This document shows positions 1 through 12,540 of a stretch of DNA of 64,000 nucleotides, one piece after another. Both the position numbers and the translations under genes were made by a program. The notes under the pieces were generated by a model. It worked only from the letters and a program-made list of their open reading frames with translations. It did no database searches and was not told the origin of the DNA. The stretch spans positions 9,775,333 to 9,839,332 of the forward strand of contig NC_057753.1 of the NCBI RefSeq assembly GCF_004010195.1. The letters run 5' to 3'. Origin of the DNA: Chiloscyllium plagiosum (taxonomy: Eukaryota). Each line of letters starts with the position of its first letter. Within the stretch, counting starts at the first letter, position 1.

Positions 1-139
1 GGGCTCTCCCACGATTCTTACAGTGCCCAACTTGAGGCATTCTCTTACCCTAACATCTAACTATTCATACCCAGCTATGGTTTACAACAATATTTACACC
101 AGCAGAATTAAAGCATCTGTTATCAAGTAGACATCGGGA

Positions 140-620
140 TATACAGCACGAAATAGACTTTTCTCTGTCTCATTCACACACATATACATCCATGGCGGTG
201 AATTTGTATTTGCAGGATTATTTTTGCAGAAACATTCTATTTTTCTCAAAATATGCACAACCTGAAGGCTGTTCAATCCATGTCATATTTTGTAAATTCC
301 ACTTTGGAAATAGAACCAGTCTGACTCAAGTTTGTGATACAGACAGACCCTGATTTTACACCTTTAGAGCATTGTCAGAGCTGAGATGTCACCTTTCCTT
401 ATAAAACCTTGAGTTATCTTAAGAAAATGTCTTTCAGGAAATTCTGGGATTTACAAATGAATGATATGAGCAGACCATACTAAAAGATGAAAGACTTAAC
501 AATCCAGGGTTTTTCAATATATCATTTTAGTGCTCTGTAATGTTTTTCCATCCATTCTGTGCCTTATGATTTTATTCTCCACAATTACCTGATGAAGGAG
601 CCACGCTCCGAGTGCTAGTC
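140..620 (+). mobile_element. Penelope-like non-autonomous repeat (family 1) ending in a degenerate hammerhead motif
   Basis: Homologous to 23860-24270 and (inverted) 7390-7900; CTGATGAAGGAGCCACGCTCCGAGTGCTA at 589-617. Confidence 0.55.
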
Positions 621-1060
621 ATAGAGATGTACAGCATGGAAATAAACCCTTCGGTCCAACCCGCCCATGCTGACCAGATATCCCAACCTAATCTAGTCCC
701 ACCTGCAAGCACCCAGCCCATATCCCTTCCTATTCATATACCCATCCAAATGCCTCTTAAACGTTGCAATTGTACCCACCTCCACCACTTCCTCTGGCAG
801 TTCATTGCATACATGCACAACCCTCTGCATGAAAAGTTGTCCCTTCGGTCCCTTTTAAATCTTTCCCTTCTCACCTTAAACCTATGCCTTCTAGTTTTCG
901 ACTCCCCCACCCTGGGGAAAAAGATCTAGGCTATTTGCCCTATCTATGCCCCTCATGATTTTATAAACCTCTCTAAGGTCACCCCTCAGACTCTGATGCT
1001 CCAGGAGTAAAATAAATGCCCCAGCCCCTCTCAGTCTGTATAACTGGTTAAAGCTCCTTC
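618..1060 (-). mobile_element. CR1-like LINE 3' fragment
   Basis: Minus-strand ORF remnant SLRGDLREVYKIMRGIDR typical of the CR1 ORF2 C-terminus; same tail recurs at about 1510, 2550, 4440 and 10860. Confidence 0.75.
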
Positions 1061-2869
1061 CTATAGTCAGCTCACTGGGACACACACACTCATTCCGTGT
1101 AACCAGTTAAAGCTTAGTTCACTGGTGTGTTCCTCTCTGCTCACACAGATGTCCAGTACCTTTTGAAGCAGGTCAAATGGATTTCTCTTTCCAGACTCAA
1201 CCCCCCAATGATATTGAGTGACCCTGTCAGATCTTGTTATGGAATTTCTTCCAAGATTTCTGTCTGCAGATCCTCACCTTCTGTTACCCTGTTAGCAAAG
1301 TTGAAACAAGTCATCACTGTCTGTACCGAATAGAAATTCTGATTATATTGTATGTGTCTGTGTACTAACTCAGTAACATACAACTGGTATTATTGATTTA
1401 AAATGCACAGGAGACGTGAGGAAGGAGGTGTCAGGACCTGGTACACTCTGAACCCTAACAGGGTGTTCCAAGTGGTCATGAAAACATTTCAAAATGAAGT
1501 GGATGGCCATAGAACTGTACAGCACAGAAACAGTCCATCTCATCCATGCTCACTAGATATCCGAAATTAATCTATCCTATTTACCAGCACTTGGCCCATA
1601 TCCCTCTAAACCCTACCCATTCACATACCCATTCAGCTGCCTTTTAAAAATTATATTTGTGCCAGCCTCCACCACTTCCTCTCGCAGCTCATTGCACACA
1701 CGCACCACCCTCTGTGTGAAAAAGTACAAATCTATGCCTTCCTCATCCCCTGTTTTACCTGTACTGATACCTTCGGGGATCTCTGAACTTGGACAGCAAG
1801 GACCCTTTGTTCCTCAGCACTCTGTAGGAATCTACTATTTATTACTTCCTTCCTTCCCTTAATAAATTTCCCAAACTGCCTGGAGATTAAATTCCATCGT
1901 TCTGCCACATTTACTAGCTGATAGATATCAGAGTGTAGCCAGGGACCATCCCCCTCCCTATGAACAATATCACCTTTCCAGCGTTTACTCCTGGACAGAG
2001 GGGACAGCATTATCTTGGGCTGAGCAGTGTGTTTGTTAGCTTATCAGCATGTCCAACTATATTAATCAAAAGTACCTCACGCTAGCTACACAATAAACCA
2101 GCGATGTTAGTTCCCATTATCTCTTTAGTTGTGCCCTTAGTTTTTCCTACCTTCTACTTAATGTTATTCTAATGTCACAGTTGGCGATTTAGTGCCAGCT
2201 TTTGCAACAACGGTCTTGCATTCCAGACCCTACTTAATATTTTCCCAATGTCATGATTAGATATTTATTATCAATAGTCTCAAGTAGGCTGACTCTACTA
2301 ATTATTAATTAGATACTTAATGTCATGTCCCAAATATTTATTGTCCCAATCCTGTCAATCATATTGAGTAGATGAGGCTAACTTTACTGACTGTTATCTC
2401 ATCTTGCCATGAGAACCTCAACCTTACTGTGCTAATTAGTGTAAGAGCTTTCCACTATCCTTTGCAACAAACCGGCAATGGTCTCCATGCTCTAACCCTT
2501 CCCATGCTTTCATGCTCTTTATTTTCCATACTATCTAAAGATAGACTCAGAGTTGTAGAGCCCAGAAACAAACCCTTCGGTCCACGCTGACCAGATGTCC
2601 TAAATTAATTTAGTGACCCATTTGCCAGCATTTCACCCCTTACCCCTCTGAATCTTTCCTATTCATAACCCCATCCAGATGCATTTTAAATAATGTAACT
2701 GTACCAACCTCCACCACTTCCTCTGGCAGCTCATTCCATAAACATACCACCCTCTGTGTGAAAAGATTGCCCCTAAGGACCCTCAGAAATCTTTCCCCTC
2801 TCACCCTAAATCTATGTCCTCCAGTTCTGATCTCGGCGCCTTGCCCCCACAACAAGGGGAAAAGACATA

Positions 2870-3315
2870 CAAAAATTGAGCAGCCAAGACAAAATGCAAA
2901 AGGAATAAAATATCGAGCCATAGGGAAAAAAAATGTGGCTCTATCTTTTTTCCCCTGTTGGCATTTGGACACTTAAAATCTGTCAGTAACACGAACATCC
3001 CCGTAGAGCATACTGTGTATGTTTGCCGGTGGCAGCAACGCAGTGCGCATGCTGGCCAGTGTCAGCAAAACACTGGGCATGCTCATCATCGTACGCAAAA
3101 AAAAGGCACGAGACCTTCTTTTGATTGACCAATAGGCAGCATTGGAGGACTGGAAGGAGACTGGTCCTCCTGCCAATCAGAGCCAACCCATTGTCTGAAT
3201 GCGGAAGTTGGACCATGAACTTTTCAAGCTGCGACTCCTGATCCTCTCTGTCTGAGTAAAGATTGAGCTTTACCCAGACTGCAAATTCCTTCCTGTGTCC
3301 CAGATATGTGAGTAT
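2870..3315 (+). promoter_or_regulatory. Putative promoter and non-coding first exon of the ZNF gene (module X)
   Basis: TGCGCATGC (NRF1-like, about 3044), two CCAAT boxes (about 3129 and 3173), GCGGAAGT (ETS-like, about 3201), then splice donor GTGAGT (about 3308); homologs at 11170-11400, 18700-19080 and 61480-61950(-). Confidence 0.5.
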
Positions 3316-3461
3316 GGCACTCTCTTGCTCCCATTCCATTTCTTTTTCATTCTGGGGTTCAGTTGTTGACTTGCAGAAACTGAAAGAAAAGAGAGTGAAT
3401 CCGGGAGGGACAGACTCCGGAAACGTTGGTCTAGGTCTGTGTCTCAATTTGCAAAATAGAC

Positions 3462-3990
3462 AGGCAGGAGGTGGAGAAGTCGACGTTTCGGGTGTAACCC
3501 TTCCTCGGGTCTGGGGCTGGGTGTAGAAGCTGCAGATAAAGGGGATGGGAGTGAAGTGGGGATAGGTCAAGACAGTTAGAGGGTACGACCTGGTTGGTCA
3601 ATGGGAGGAATGAACGAGGTGGCAGGGAACGAGGAGGGAGGTTTTTTGAAATTGGAAAACTCAACGTTGAGTTCTTCGGGCTGTAGGCTGCCTGGAAGAT
3701 GAGGTGTGGTCCCTCCAATTTGCAGTTAGGTTCGCCGTGGCAATGGAGGAGGCCAAAGATGGTCATGTCAGAAAGGTAGTGGGAAGGGGAATTGAAATGG
3801 GTGGTGACTGGGAGGTCTGGTCAGCTCTGTGGACCCAGCTGTGATGTTCAGTGAACCGTTCCCCAAGTTTGCGCTGGCTCTCCCCGATATAGCGAGGACC
3901 ACAATCAGCAAACACAGGGCAAATGCAGTACCACAATATGAAGTTATAGCCTTGGCTGTGACCATGAAAAACAGAAAGGAAGTGCATTGT
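3462..3990 (-). mobile_element. Penelope-like element 3' fragment (GIY-YIG remnant)
   Basis: ORF 3763-3987 reads LWYCICPVFADCGPRYIGESQRKLGERFTEH; hammerhead-like tail GGGTTACACCCGAAACGTC near 3480-3505. Confidence 0.65.
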
Positions 3991-5610
3991 TTAAATGGAG
4001 ATGTATTTGGATGTGGAGGAAGTGAGAACTGCAGATGCTGGAGATCAGGATCAAAAATTGTGGCACTGGAAGAGCACGGTAGGTGAGGCAGCATCTGAGG
4101 AGCAGGAGAATTGACGTTTTGGGCACGAGCCCTTCATCTAGACTGATGTGTGGATGGGCAGAGGCCTCAGTGTCCTCCTACTCCAGTCACTGCCAGTTGT
4201 CAGACAGGTGCAGCAGGCAATCAGCAAGGCAAGCTTTATATGAACAAGAGGAATTGAGTTCAGAAGTGGGGGTGTCTTCCTGCAGTTAGGATGTCATTGA
4301 ATATATTCAAGGCTCAGTTCATCTGATTTTGAACAACAAAGAAGTGGATGTTTGTGGGTGAAGGCAAGAACATGGTTTTAAGACCAGTATAGAACAGTTC
4401 CAGAGTCATACAGCACAAAAACAGACCCTTTAGTCCAACTGGTCATAGAGATGTACAGCACAGAAACAAACCCTTTGGTCCAACTCATCCATGCTGACCA
4501 GATATCCCAACCTAATCTAGNNNNNNNNNNNNNNNNNNNNNNNNNNNNNNNNNNNNNNNNNNNNNNNNNNNNNNNNNNNNNNNNNNNNNNNNNNNNNNNN
4601 NNNNNNNNNNNNNNNNNNNNNNNNNNNNNNNNNNNNNNNNNNNNNNNNNNNNNNNNNNNNNNNNNNNNNNNNNNNNNNNNNNNNNNNNNNNNNNNNNNNN
4701 NNNNNNNNNNNNNNNNNNNNNNNNNNNNNNNNNNNNNNNNNNNNNNNNNNNNNNNNNNNNNNNNNNNNNNNNNNNNNNNNNNNNNNNNNNNNNNNNNNNN
4801 NNNNNNNNNNNNNNNNNNNNNNNNNNNNNNNNNNNNNNNNNNNNNNNNNNNNNNNNNNNNNNNNNNNNNNNNNNNNNNNNNNNNNNNNNNNNNNNNNNNN
4901 NNNNNNNNNNNNNNNNNNNNNNNNNNNNNNNNNNNNNNNNNNNNNNNNNNNNNNNNNNNNNNNNNNNNNNNNNNNNNNNNNNNNNNNNNNNNNNNNNNNN
5001 NNNNNNNNNNNNNNNNNNNNNNNNNNNNNNNNNNNNNNNNNNNNNNNNNNNNNNNNNNNNNNNNNNNNNNNNNNNNNNNNNNNNNNNNNNNNNNNNNNNN
5101 NNNNNNNNNNNNNNNNNNNNNNNNNNNNNNNNNNNNNNNNNNNNNNNNNNNNNNNNNNNNNNNNNNNNNNNNNNNNNNNNNNNNNNNNNNNNNNNNNNNN
5201 NNNNNNNNNNNNNNNNNNNNNNNNNNNNNNNNNNNNNNNNNNNNNNNNNNNNNNNNNNNNNNNNNNNNNNNNNNNNNNNNNNNNNNNNNNNNNNNNNNNN
5301 NNNNNNNNNNNNNNNNNNNNNNNNNNNNNNNNNNNNNNNNNNNNNNNNNNNNNNNNNNNNNNNNNNNNNNNNNNNNNNNNNNNNNNNNNNNNNNNNNNNN
5401 NNNNNNNNNNNNNNNNNNNNNNNNNNNNNNNNNNNNNNNNNNNNNNNNNNNNNNNNNNNNNNNACAGAGGGGGAGAGAGAGTGGGATGGTGCTTTCAATT
5501 TTGTGGAATAACAAAAGAAAAGAATATTGCACAGAAAGTAGAATTGCTTGTTCAGAATTTCTACCCTGTACTGACAGTGATGACCTTTTGTAATCTCTTT
5601 ATACAGAGTA

Positions 5611-5946
5611 CAGTAGCACCTCGACATATGAACGACCCCATTCATGTACAAATCGGTTTACGAACAGGATTGTACGTAAAATTTTGCTTCAATGTACATA
5701 CGAAATTCAAGGTACGAACGCAAAAAGCCCATGTGCGACCACGTGGTTTCATTGTTCTGCTTTGCTTTGCGCTTGTTGAACACAAAAGCTCTCGGGCCCC
5801 GAGTGATCTCATTCAGTTCGTCTTTGGCGCGTGTGCTGTGAACAGCCGTCCAAGCATTCTTACGCTATCCGAACAATGGGAAAAGTTGATTCAGTTCGCG
5901 AACCGGTTCCAGGAACGGATTCAGTTCGTAAGTCGAGGCGCTACTG
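5611..5946. mobile_element. Tc1/mariner (Tigger/pogo-like) MITE
   Basis: Terminal inverted repeats CAGTAGCACCTCGACATATGAAC and GTTCGTAAGTCGAGGCGCTACTG; TA on the left flank, CA on the right. Confidence 0.8.
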
Positions 5947-6327
5947 CATTTGAAAATCTGAAGACGGAAGTTTCAAAACCAACAGATTTTCTTATGCCCG
6001 AAATGTTGACTCTCCTGCTCCTCGGATGCAGCCTCATCTGCTGTGCTTTTCCAGGGCTGCACTTTTCGACACTGACTCTCCAGTGTCTGCAGTCCTCACT
6101 TTGACGTCAATGTCTACAGTCACTCAATCCATCGGGACCGCAACGGTTTTCAACTATGATTCTGTGAGAAGGAGCAAAGCTTTTTGGTTCCTGTTTAAGT
6201 ACGTTTTCAGCATCAGTGGGACTGGATAAGAGACTCTACCATTGCAGCGCACTGAGTGTGGAGCCTGAAACAGCTATACGGCCTGGAAAAAGGAATTCAC
6301 AGCAGGAAGTGGCTCCACACTTCGGCC

Positions 6328-6792
6328 ATGGAGAAACCTGAGGAATCCCACCTCTTGGAGAAACCGTGGAAGAGTGGTGACTGTGGGAAAGGCTTCTGTT
6401 TCCCATCTTCCCTGGAGATTCATCGGCTTAGTCACACCGGGCAGAAGCCATTGCCCTGCCCTGTCTGTGGGGAGGGCTTCAGACATTCCTCCACCCTGCT
6501 GAGGCACCAGCTGGTTCACACCGGGGAGCAGTCCTTCAGCTGCACAGAGTGCAGGAAGACTTTCAGCAATTCCTCCACCCTGCTGACTCACTGGCGGGTC
6601 CACACTGGGGAGAGGCCCTTCAGCTGTCCCGAGTGCGGGAAGGCCTTCAGCAATTCCTCCGACAGGCTGAACCACCAGCAGTTCCACACCGGCGAGAGGC
6701 CATTCCCCTGCCCCGAGTGTGGGGAGGTCTTCACCCGCTCCTCCAACCTCCGGAGGCACCAGCGAGTTCACGTACTATCGCAGGGGGATTGA
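6328..6792 (+). CDS. C2H2 zinc-finger protein (154 aa; four intact fingers and one degenerate)
   Basis: ATG in GCCATGG context; CxxC-12-HxxxH repeats with TGEKP-like linkers ([16 protein letters not shown]); first finger has Ser in place of its first Cys; candidate AATAAA at about 7118. Confidence 0.8.
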   Translation: MEKPEESHLLEKPWKSGDCGKGFCFPSSLEIHRLSHTGQKPLPCPVCGEGFRHSSTLLRHQLVHTGEQSFSCTECRKTFSNSSTLLTHWRVHTGERPFSCPECGKAFSNSSDRLNHQQFHTGERPFPCPECGEVFTRSSNLRRHQRVHVLSQGD

Positions 6793-6794
6793 AG

Positions 6795-6885
6795 GAGCGA
6801 CGGCTGAATGCCATTATTCACTGGACCATCAACCCAGTTCCCGGACTCCCAGGTTTGAATCCCGCTGCGGCAGATGGCGCTATAC
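6795..6885 (+). mobile_element. tRNA-derived SINE head directly after the ZNF stop codon
   Basis: B-box-like GGTTTGAATCCC; homologous, longer copy after the paralog stop (63000-63315, -). Confidence 0.45.
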
Positions 6886-7387
6886 AGGGTATGGGTTGAA
6901 ATTGCTGACTGATGAAACACTTCCTCCGGGTTACGGCTGTACCAAGGATCCAATTAGAAAGGGACATCTCGGTGCTGATCAATAGTAAAGACAGTGAGGT
7001 GGGGTGGGGGTGTAGGTGTGAGTGAGTGTGCTTTGACGTTGAGCTGTTTAAAAAGCAGCTACTTTTTCTCTGCTTTTTTGCTGAGGGGGATTTGAAGCTG
7101 TAACAAAGTTGGGTCACAATAAAGGTTAAGTGAACTTACCGCCGAGCTCAGACTCTCATTAAAGGCTTTGAGCTCCGAGAGGTTTTTGTTTTAAAGCTAC
7201 TAATTTCTTTCCGCCTCCTGCACTAAGCTTCCAATGTCGTGTATCAGATGGATCAGTGAATGAACAGCCAGTATCGTGAGAAATTGTCAATTTTTCAGGA
7301 GTGCAGAGTGTGTCGTTTCATCGGCGTTGTAAGGTTTCGTGGCAGCATCGGGTGGTGTGGGCTGTGTTCAATAGAAACGATGTGAAG

Positions 7388-8060
7388 GAGCCGATGTTGG
7401 ACTGGGCTGGATAAAGTTAAAAATCACAACACCAGGTTATAGTCCAACAGGTTTATTTGGAAGTATGAGTTTTTGGAGCGCTGCTCCTTCATCATGTAAC
7501 TGTGGAGCAGGATCATAAGACACAGATTTTATAGCAAACGATCACAGTGTCATGCAACTGAAATGACATATTGAAAACCAAGATTGCTGTTAAGTCTTTC
7601 ACCTTTTAGAATGAGTTGCAGGTTTCAGTTCATTAATCTGTGAATCCCAGAACTACTATTAATTCACATTCTCGAGATGACTTAAGTTTTTTTTTAAAAA
7701 AAGTGTCACCTCAGCCCAGACAATGCATTAAAGGTGCGAGGTTCGAGTCTGTCAGTAACCCAATCTTGAATCAGACTAGTTCTCATTCCAAAGTAGGAAT
7801 TTATAAAATATTACATGGATTGACTGCCTGCAGTTTGTGCACTTTTTGAGCAAAGTAGAATGTATCTGCAAACATAATTCTGCCAATGCAAGTTTGCCCA
7901 CAAAGTGATGTGTGAATGCGTGCATGTGAGTTTGTGCATGAGAGTGCACGTAAGAGTGTGTGCATGCTTGGTAAAGTGAGAGTGTGATGGAGTATATGCC
8001 TGTGAGTGTGTTGGGGGTGTATGTGTGGATGTCTGAGAGAGCACGTGTATGAGTGAGCTA
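7388..8060 (-). mobile_element. Penelope-like non-autonomous repeat (family 1) with CA-rich segment
   Basis: Reverse complement of the family at 140-620 and 40440-40880; degenerate hammerhead at about 7470-7495. Confidence 0.55.
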
Positions 8061-8074
8061 TTAATAAAAGCAAG

Positions 8075-8760
8075 GGCTTGCATTTTGCTAAAACAAGGAA
8101 GGGCAAGACTTGTACAGATAATGGTTGGGGCCCTGTGTCGTGCTGTAAAAGAGAGACATGGTGGGGTTCAGGTACACAGTTCTTTGAAAGTTGCATCGCT
8201 GTTAGACAGGGTGGTCAAGAAGACATTTAGCATACTTGCCTTCATTGTTCACACTATTGAGTCGAGGGGTTGGGACATCATGTTGAGGTTGTACAGGATG
8301 TTGGTGAGGCCACTTTCAGAGTACTGAGTATGCTTCTAGTGTCCCTGTAATAGGGAGAATTCTATTAGAGAGAGTTCAGTAAAGATTTACCAGGATGTTG
8401 CCAAGACTGGAGGGTTTGAGTTCTAAGGAGAGGCTGGGACTTTATTCACTGGAGCACAGGAAATTGAGGGGTGACATCATTGAGATTGGAGGTAAGGTGA
8501 ACACCAAAGGGCTCTTCCTTAGCGTAGGGGAGCTCAAGACGAGGGGGCATATTTCTTTAAAGTGAGAGGAGAGAGATTTAAAAGGAACCTGAGCAGCAAC
8601 GTTTTGACAGAGGGCGGTTTACACGTGGAATGAACTTGGATGAGGATGTGGTAGATGCAGATGAAGTTACAAATTTTAAATGACATTTGGATGAGTACAT
8701 GAGGTTTCGAGGGACATGGGTCAAATGCAGGCAAGTGGGACAAGCTTAGTTTGGGAATCC
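8075..8760 (+). mobile_element. CR1-like LINE 3' fragment
   Basis: Translation IMLRLYRMLVRPLSEY, the CR1 RT C-terminal motif. Confidence 0.8.
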
Positions 8761-10249
8761 TGATTGAGTGATCTTATTGAAGTGGTCTTATCTTTTTGCT
8801 GAGGGGGATTTGAAGCTGTAACAAAGTTGGGTCACAATAAAGGTTAAGTGAACTTACCGCCGAGCTCAGACTCTCATTAAAGGCTTTGAGCTCCTCTGAA
8901 GAGCATCTCGCCCACATCCATCCCATGGCCAATCCATCCTAAGTTTCACATCCCTGGTCACTAAGGGTAATTTAGCAAAGCCAATCCACCCTAACCTCTA
9001 CACCATAATCTATAAATTACCTTCTCAAAAATATCATTTAAATGTAGAGTTTTTCTCTAAGAACAATGTCAGTCCTGACTCAACATTCGGGCGCAGACAG
9101 AATTCACACTTACTGTTAGAAAAGCTCTGCATTTGAATGACATTCTTGAGAAGGTAACAAAAAACAAGTTCTGGGATGAACAAACCAAAGAGCAGAAACC
9201 TATTCTAAAGGTGAAAGATTTAATCTAAAATTGTTTAATGTGTCACATTTCCATGACATTAGACTCCTTTGGATATAAATTGTGATCATGATCTCATTCT
9301 CCACAACCACCTGATGAAGGAGCAGCGCTCCAAAAGCTTAGTGCTTCCAAACAACCTGTTGGATTATAACCTGGTGTTGTGTGATGTTTAGCTTTGTCCA
9401 TGGGAAACACATGAGTTGTGGAACTGGTAACAGTTCTTATTTTATGATCTATTTCACGTGAAATTTCTCCTCTGCGCAGGCACGGGTGAACAGTTTATTT
9501 TCTGTGCTTTGTGCGAGATCAGGCTAGCAGCTTTTAAATCCTTATGTCAAGCAGCGGAAGTAAACTGTTGATCAGCAATTGTATTCCGAAAGTGGTACTT
9601 CCAGCTCTGGTAATCCTGTTGCATCACATCTAAAGAGCAGACAGAAAAGTTATTTCGCTTGTTCAGTCAGTTGAATTGGTTCTGCACTCAGATGAGACTG
9701 GACACTGCTTTTATTGGATCAGAATTAACCTGCTTATTTTCTTAAAAATTAAACCATCTCACGGCCATTCCAACACCCTTTTTTAAAAATGACCACTGTT
9801 TCCAATACGGTCGTGCTTTCTAAATATTACCATGTATTTTTAATTATGTATAATGTCTCTTTAGATTCCAATGTACCTTTATTAAATATAAAAATGCCCC
9901 TTTACATGTGGCTCAGCCCTTTAAATGTGTTATGTTCCTCTCAGCGCAATGTTGCTCCTCGATAATGTATATTTACCGCTTTAGATATCAAACTTAAAGG
10001 GGTACTTCTGCTTACAAATAAAGCAACGTTTCTTCGAAATGTAGATTCATTTAGATATAACTGCGTCACTTTACATATTAAGATAATCCTTTGAATGTGC
10101 CACATCCCTTTTGAAATATAATCTCGTCCATTTACATCTCTTTATTTGCAGAATTACCCGTTAAAATGTCCACGTCCCTTTTAAAATGCAGATTTCCCCA
10201 TTTAGATGTGGGAATATCTGTTTAAATTGAGCCGTGAGCTTTCCCAATG

Positions 10250-10560
10250 TAGACAGGGCTCCTGGAAACGTGGCAGTGTCCCCCCTGCAGCTGCAGAGCG
10301 AGACAGGAGAGTTTGTTTTTGTGAATGAGCAGTTGTAGCGCGAGGTGGCTGTTGCTTGGTGACGGTGAGGCTCCCCCGGCCCCGCCCATCCCCCCCGTGC
10401 AGACGTCACGCGGGGGCGAAGGCGGTTGGGAGGAGAAGTCGCTCGAGCGGGGAAGCGGCGGGAGGNNNNNNNNNNNNNNNNNNNNNNNNNNNNNNNNNNN
10501 NNNNNNNNNNNNNNNNNNNNNNNNNNNNNNNNNNNNNNNNNNNNCGGAGGGGAAGGAATG
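10250..10560. promoter_or_regulatory. CpG-rich promoter-like island (contains an N gap)
   Basis: GC-rich and CpG-dense; GC box CCCGCCC and CRE-like GACGTCA at about 10402. Confidence 0.45.
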
Positions 10561-12540
10561 TGGGGCCTGTCCTGTCATAGTGACATTTTACACTCACTTT
10601 CCATCTGCTTTTACTGGCGCTTGTACTGTTTCCCCCTCACTGTTTGTTTAATCCTTGTGCTGTTTGCTCTTTGCTGTTACTTGTGCAATTGCTGAGGGTA
10701 GTGTGTAAATACTAGTGAAGGAGATTATGCACCAGCATGTTTATGTTCCTCAGTCATTGAAGGGGCAGGACCTGTTGAGAATGGTTAGTAAAGTATGTGG
10801 TGCACTAAGCCTTGTTAACTTGGATATGGTTTGTTATTTGGAAAAGTAGACTTTATTATTTAGAGTCACAGAGATGTACAGCACGGAAACAGACCCATTT
10901 GGTCCAACCTGTCCATGCCAACCAGATATCCTAAATTAATCTAGTCCCATTTGCCAGCACTTGGCTCATATCCCTCTCATCCCTTCAGATGTGTTTTAAA
11001 TGCTGTAATTGTACTGGCCTCCACTACTTCCTCTGGCAGTTCGTTCCATACGTGCACCACCCTCTGCATGGAAAAGTTGCCCGTTAGGTACCTTTTAATA
11101 TCTTTCTGCTCTCACCCTAAACCTATGCCCTCTAGTTGTGAACCTCACCCCGACACTGACGAACAGTCATTTTAAAAAAAAGTTGAGCAGCCAGACAAAA
11201 TGCAAAAGCTATAAAATGTTGAGCCACATGGGGAAAATGAACCGTGGCTCTACACTTTGTTTCTCCTCTTGGCATTTGAACACTTAACATCTGTCAATAA
11301 CACCAACATTGCCACAGAGCATATTGTGTCTGTTCCGTGGTGTGAACAACAGCATGCCTGCTCACTCGTGTCACCAACACATTATCCATGCTCCTTGCTG
11401 TCGGCAGAAATGGCGACATCGTTTATCTCTGTTCCTAAAGGTCTTCCCTTTATTCTTAAAGCTGTGCCCTCTGGTCCTAGTCTCTCCTACCAATGGAAAC
11501 ATCTTCCCAATGTCATTGCACTGTGGGGATGAAGCCCTACCCTGTCCAGTAATTTCTGCTGGTGGGTGAGACTCGGCCTCGAGGTTAGAGGGAGGAGCTT
11601 TCAGTCGGAGATGAAGAGGAACTGCTTTTCCCAGAGAGTCGTGAATCTATGGAATAGTCTAGAATAGAGTGGTACTGGAAAAGCACATCAAGTCAGACAG
11701 CATCCGAGGAGCAGGAAAATCGATCTTTTGGGCAAAAGGCCTTCATCAAAATCTATGGAATACTCTGGCCAAGGAAGCAATAGAGGCAGATTCATTAAGT
11801 ATACTCAAGACACAGTTAGGTGGGTTTTTGCCTGATAGGGGAATGAAGGGGTTCCTTGTGACAGTGCAGGGAGGAGGAGATGAGACGATGGATAGATCAG
11901 CCATGATCTTAATGATTGCGGAGCAGGCTCACTTGTAGCAATTGGAGTGAATCCATGGAGGGAGCAGACTTTGAGACTTCAGGTTTGTGTCTTGGTTACC
12001 TGGGTGAGGAGAGACAGAAGGACAGGCTGGGACTGTTTTCTGTAGTATGCCAGAGTCTGAGGAATGACCGTACACGCTTTTATATCGTCATGAGGGACAT
12101 GGATAGGGTAAATAGACATGGTATTTTCCCAGGAGCAGGAAAATCAATGTTTCGGGGAAAAGCCTTTCATCAGGAAAGTGTGTGTGTATGTGAGTTTGTG
12201 TATAAGACTGTGCATCAGTGAGTGTGTATTTGCATGTGTGCATGCTTGATAAAGTGTGATTGTGATGGAGAATGAGTCTGCGAGAGGGTGAGTGTTGAGA
12301 GGATGGTGTATGTGTATGTCTGAGAGAGAGCGCGTGTGTATGAGAGAAGTATGGATATAAGTGAGGGGTTGCATTTTACTAAAATAAAGGAGGCCAAGAC
12401 TTGTACAGGTAATGTTAGGGCCTGGGTCGTGTTGTAGAACAGAGACCTGGGGGTGTTCGGGTTTGTTGTTCTTGAAAGCTACATCACTGGTAGACGGGGG
12501 TGAAGAAGGTGTTTCGCATACTTGCCTTCATTGTTCACAT

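Noticed and set aside
2983..3570. 195-aa minus-strand ORF
   Set aside because: Crosses a TE junction, the frame is not kept in paralogous copies, and there is no recognisable domain; better explained as a promoter module.
4378..5651. Long ORFs spanning N runs (also near 26.7, 38.2, 41.2 and 50.2 kb)
   Set aside because: Artefacts of assembly gaps.
6274..6771. Antisense and alternate-frame ORFs over the ZNF loci (also 63333-63692)
   Set aside because: Shadow ORFs of GC-rich zinc-finger repeats.
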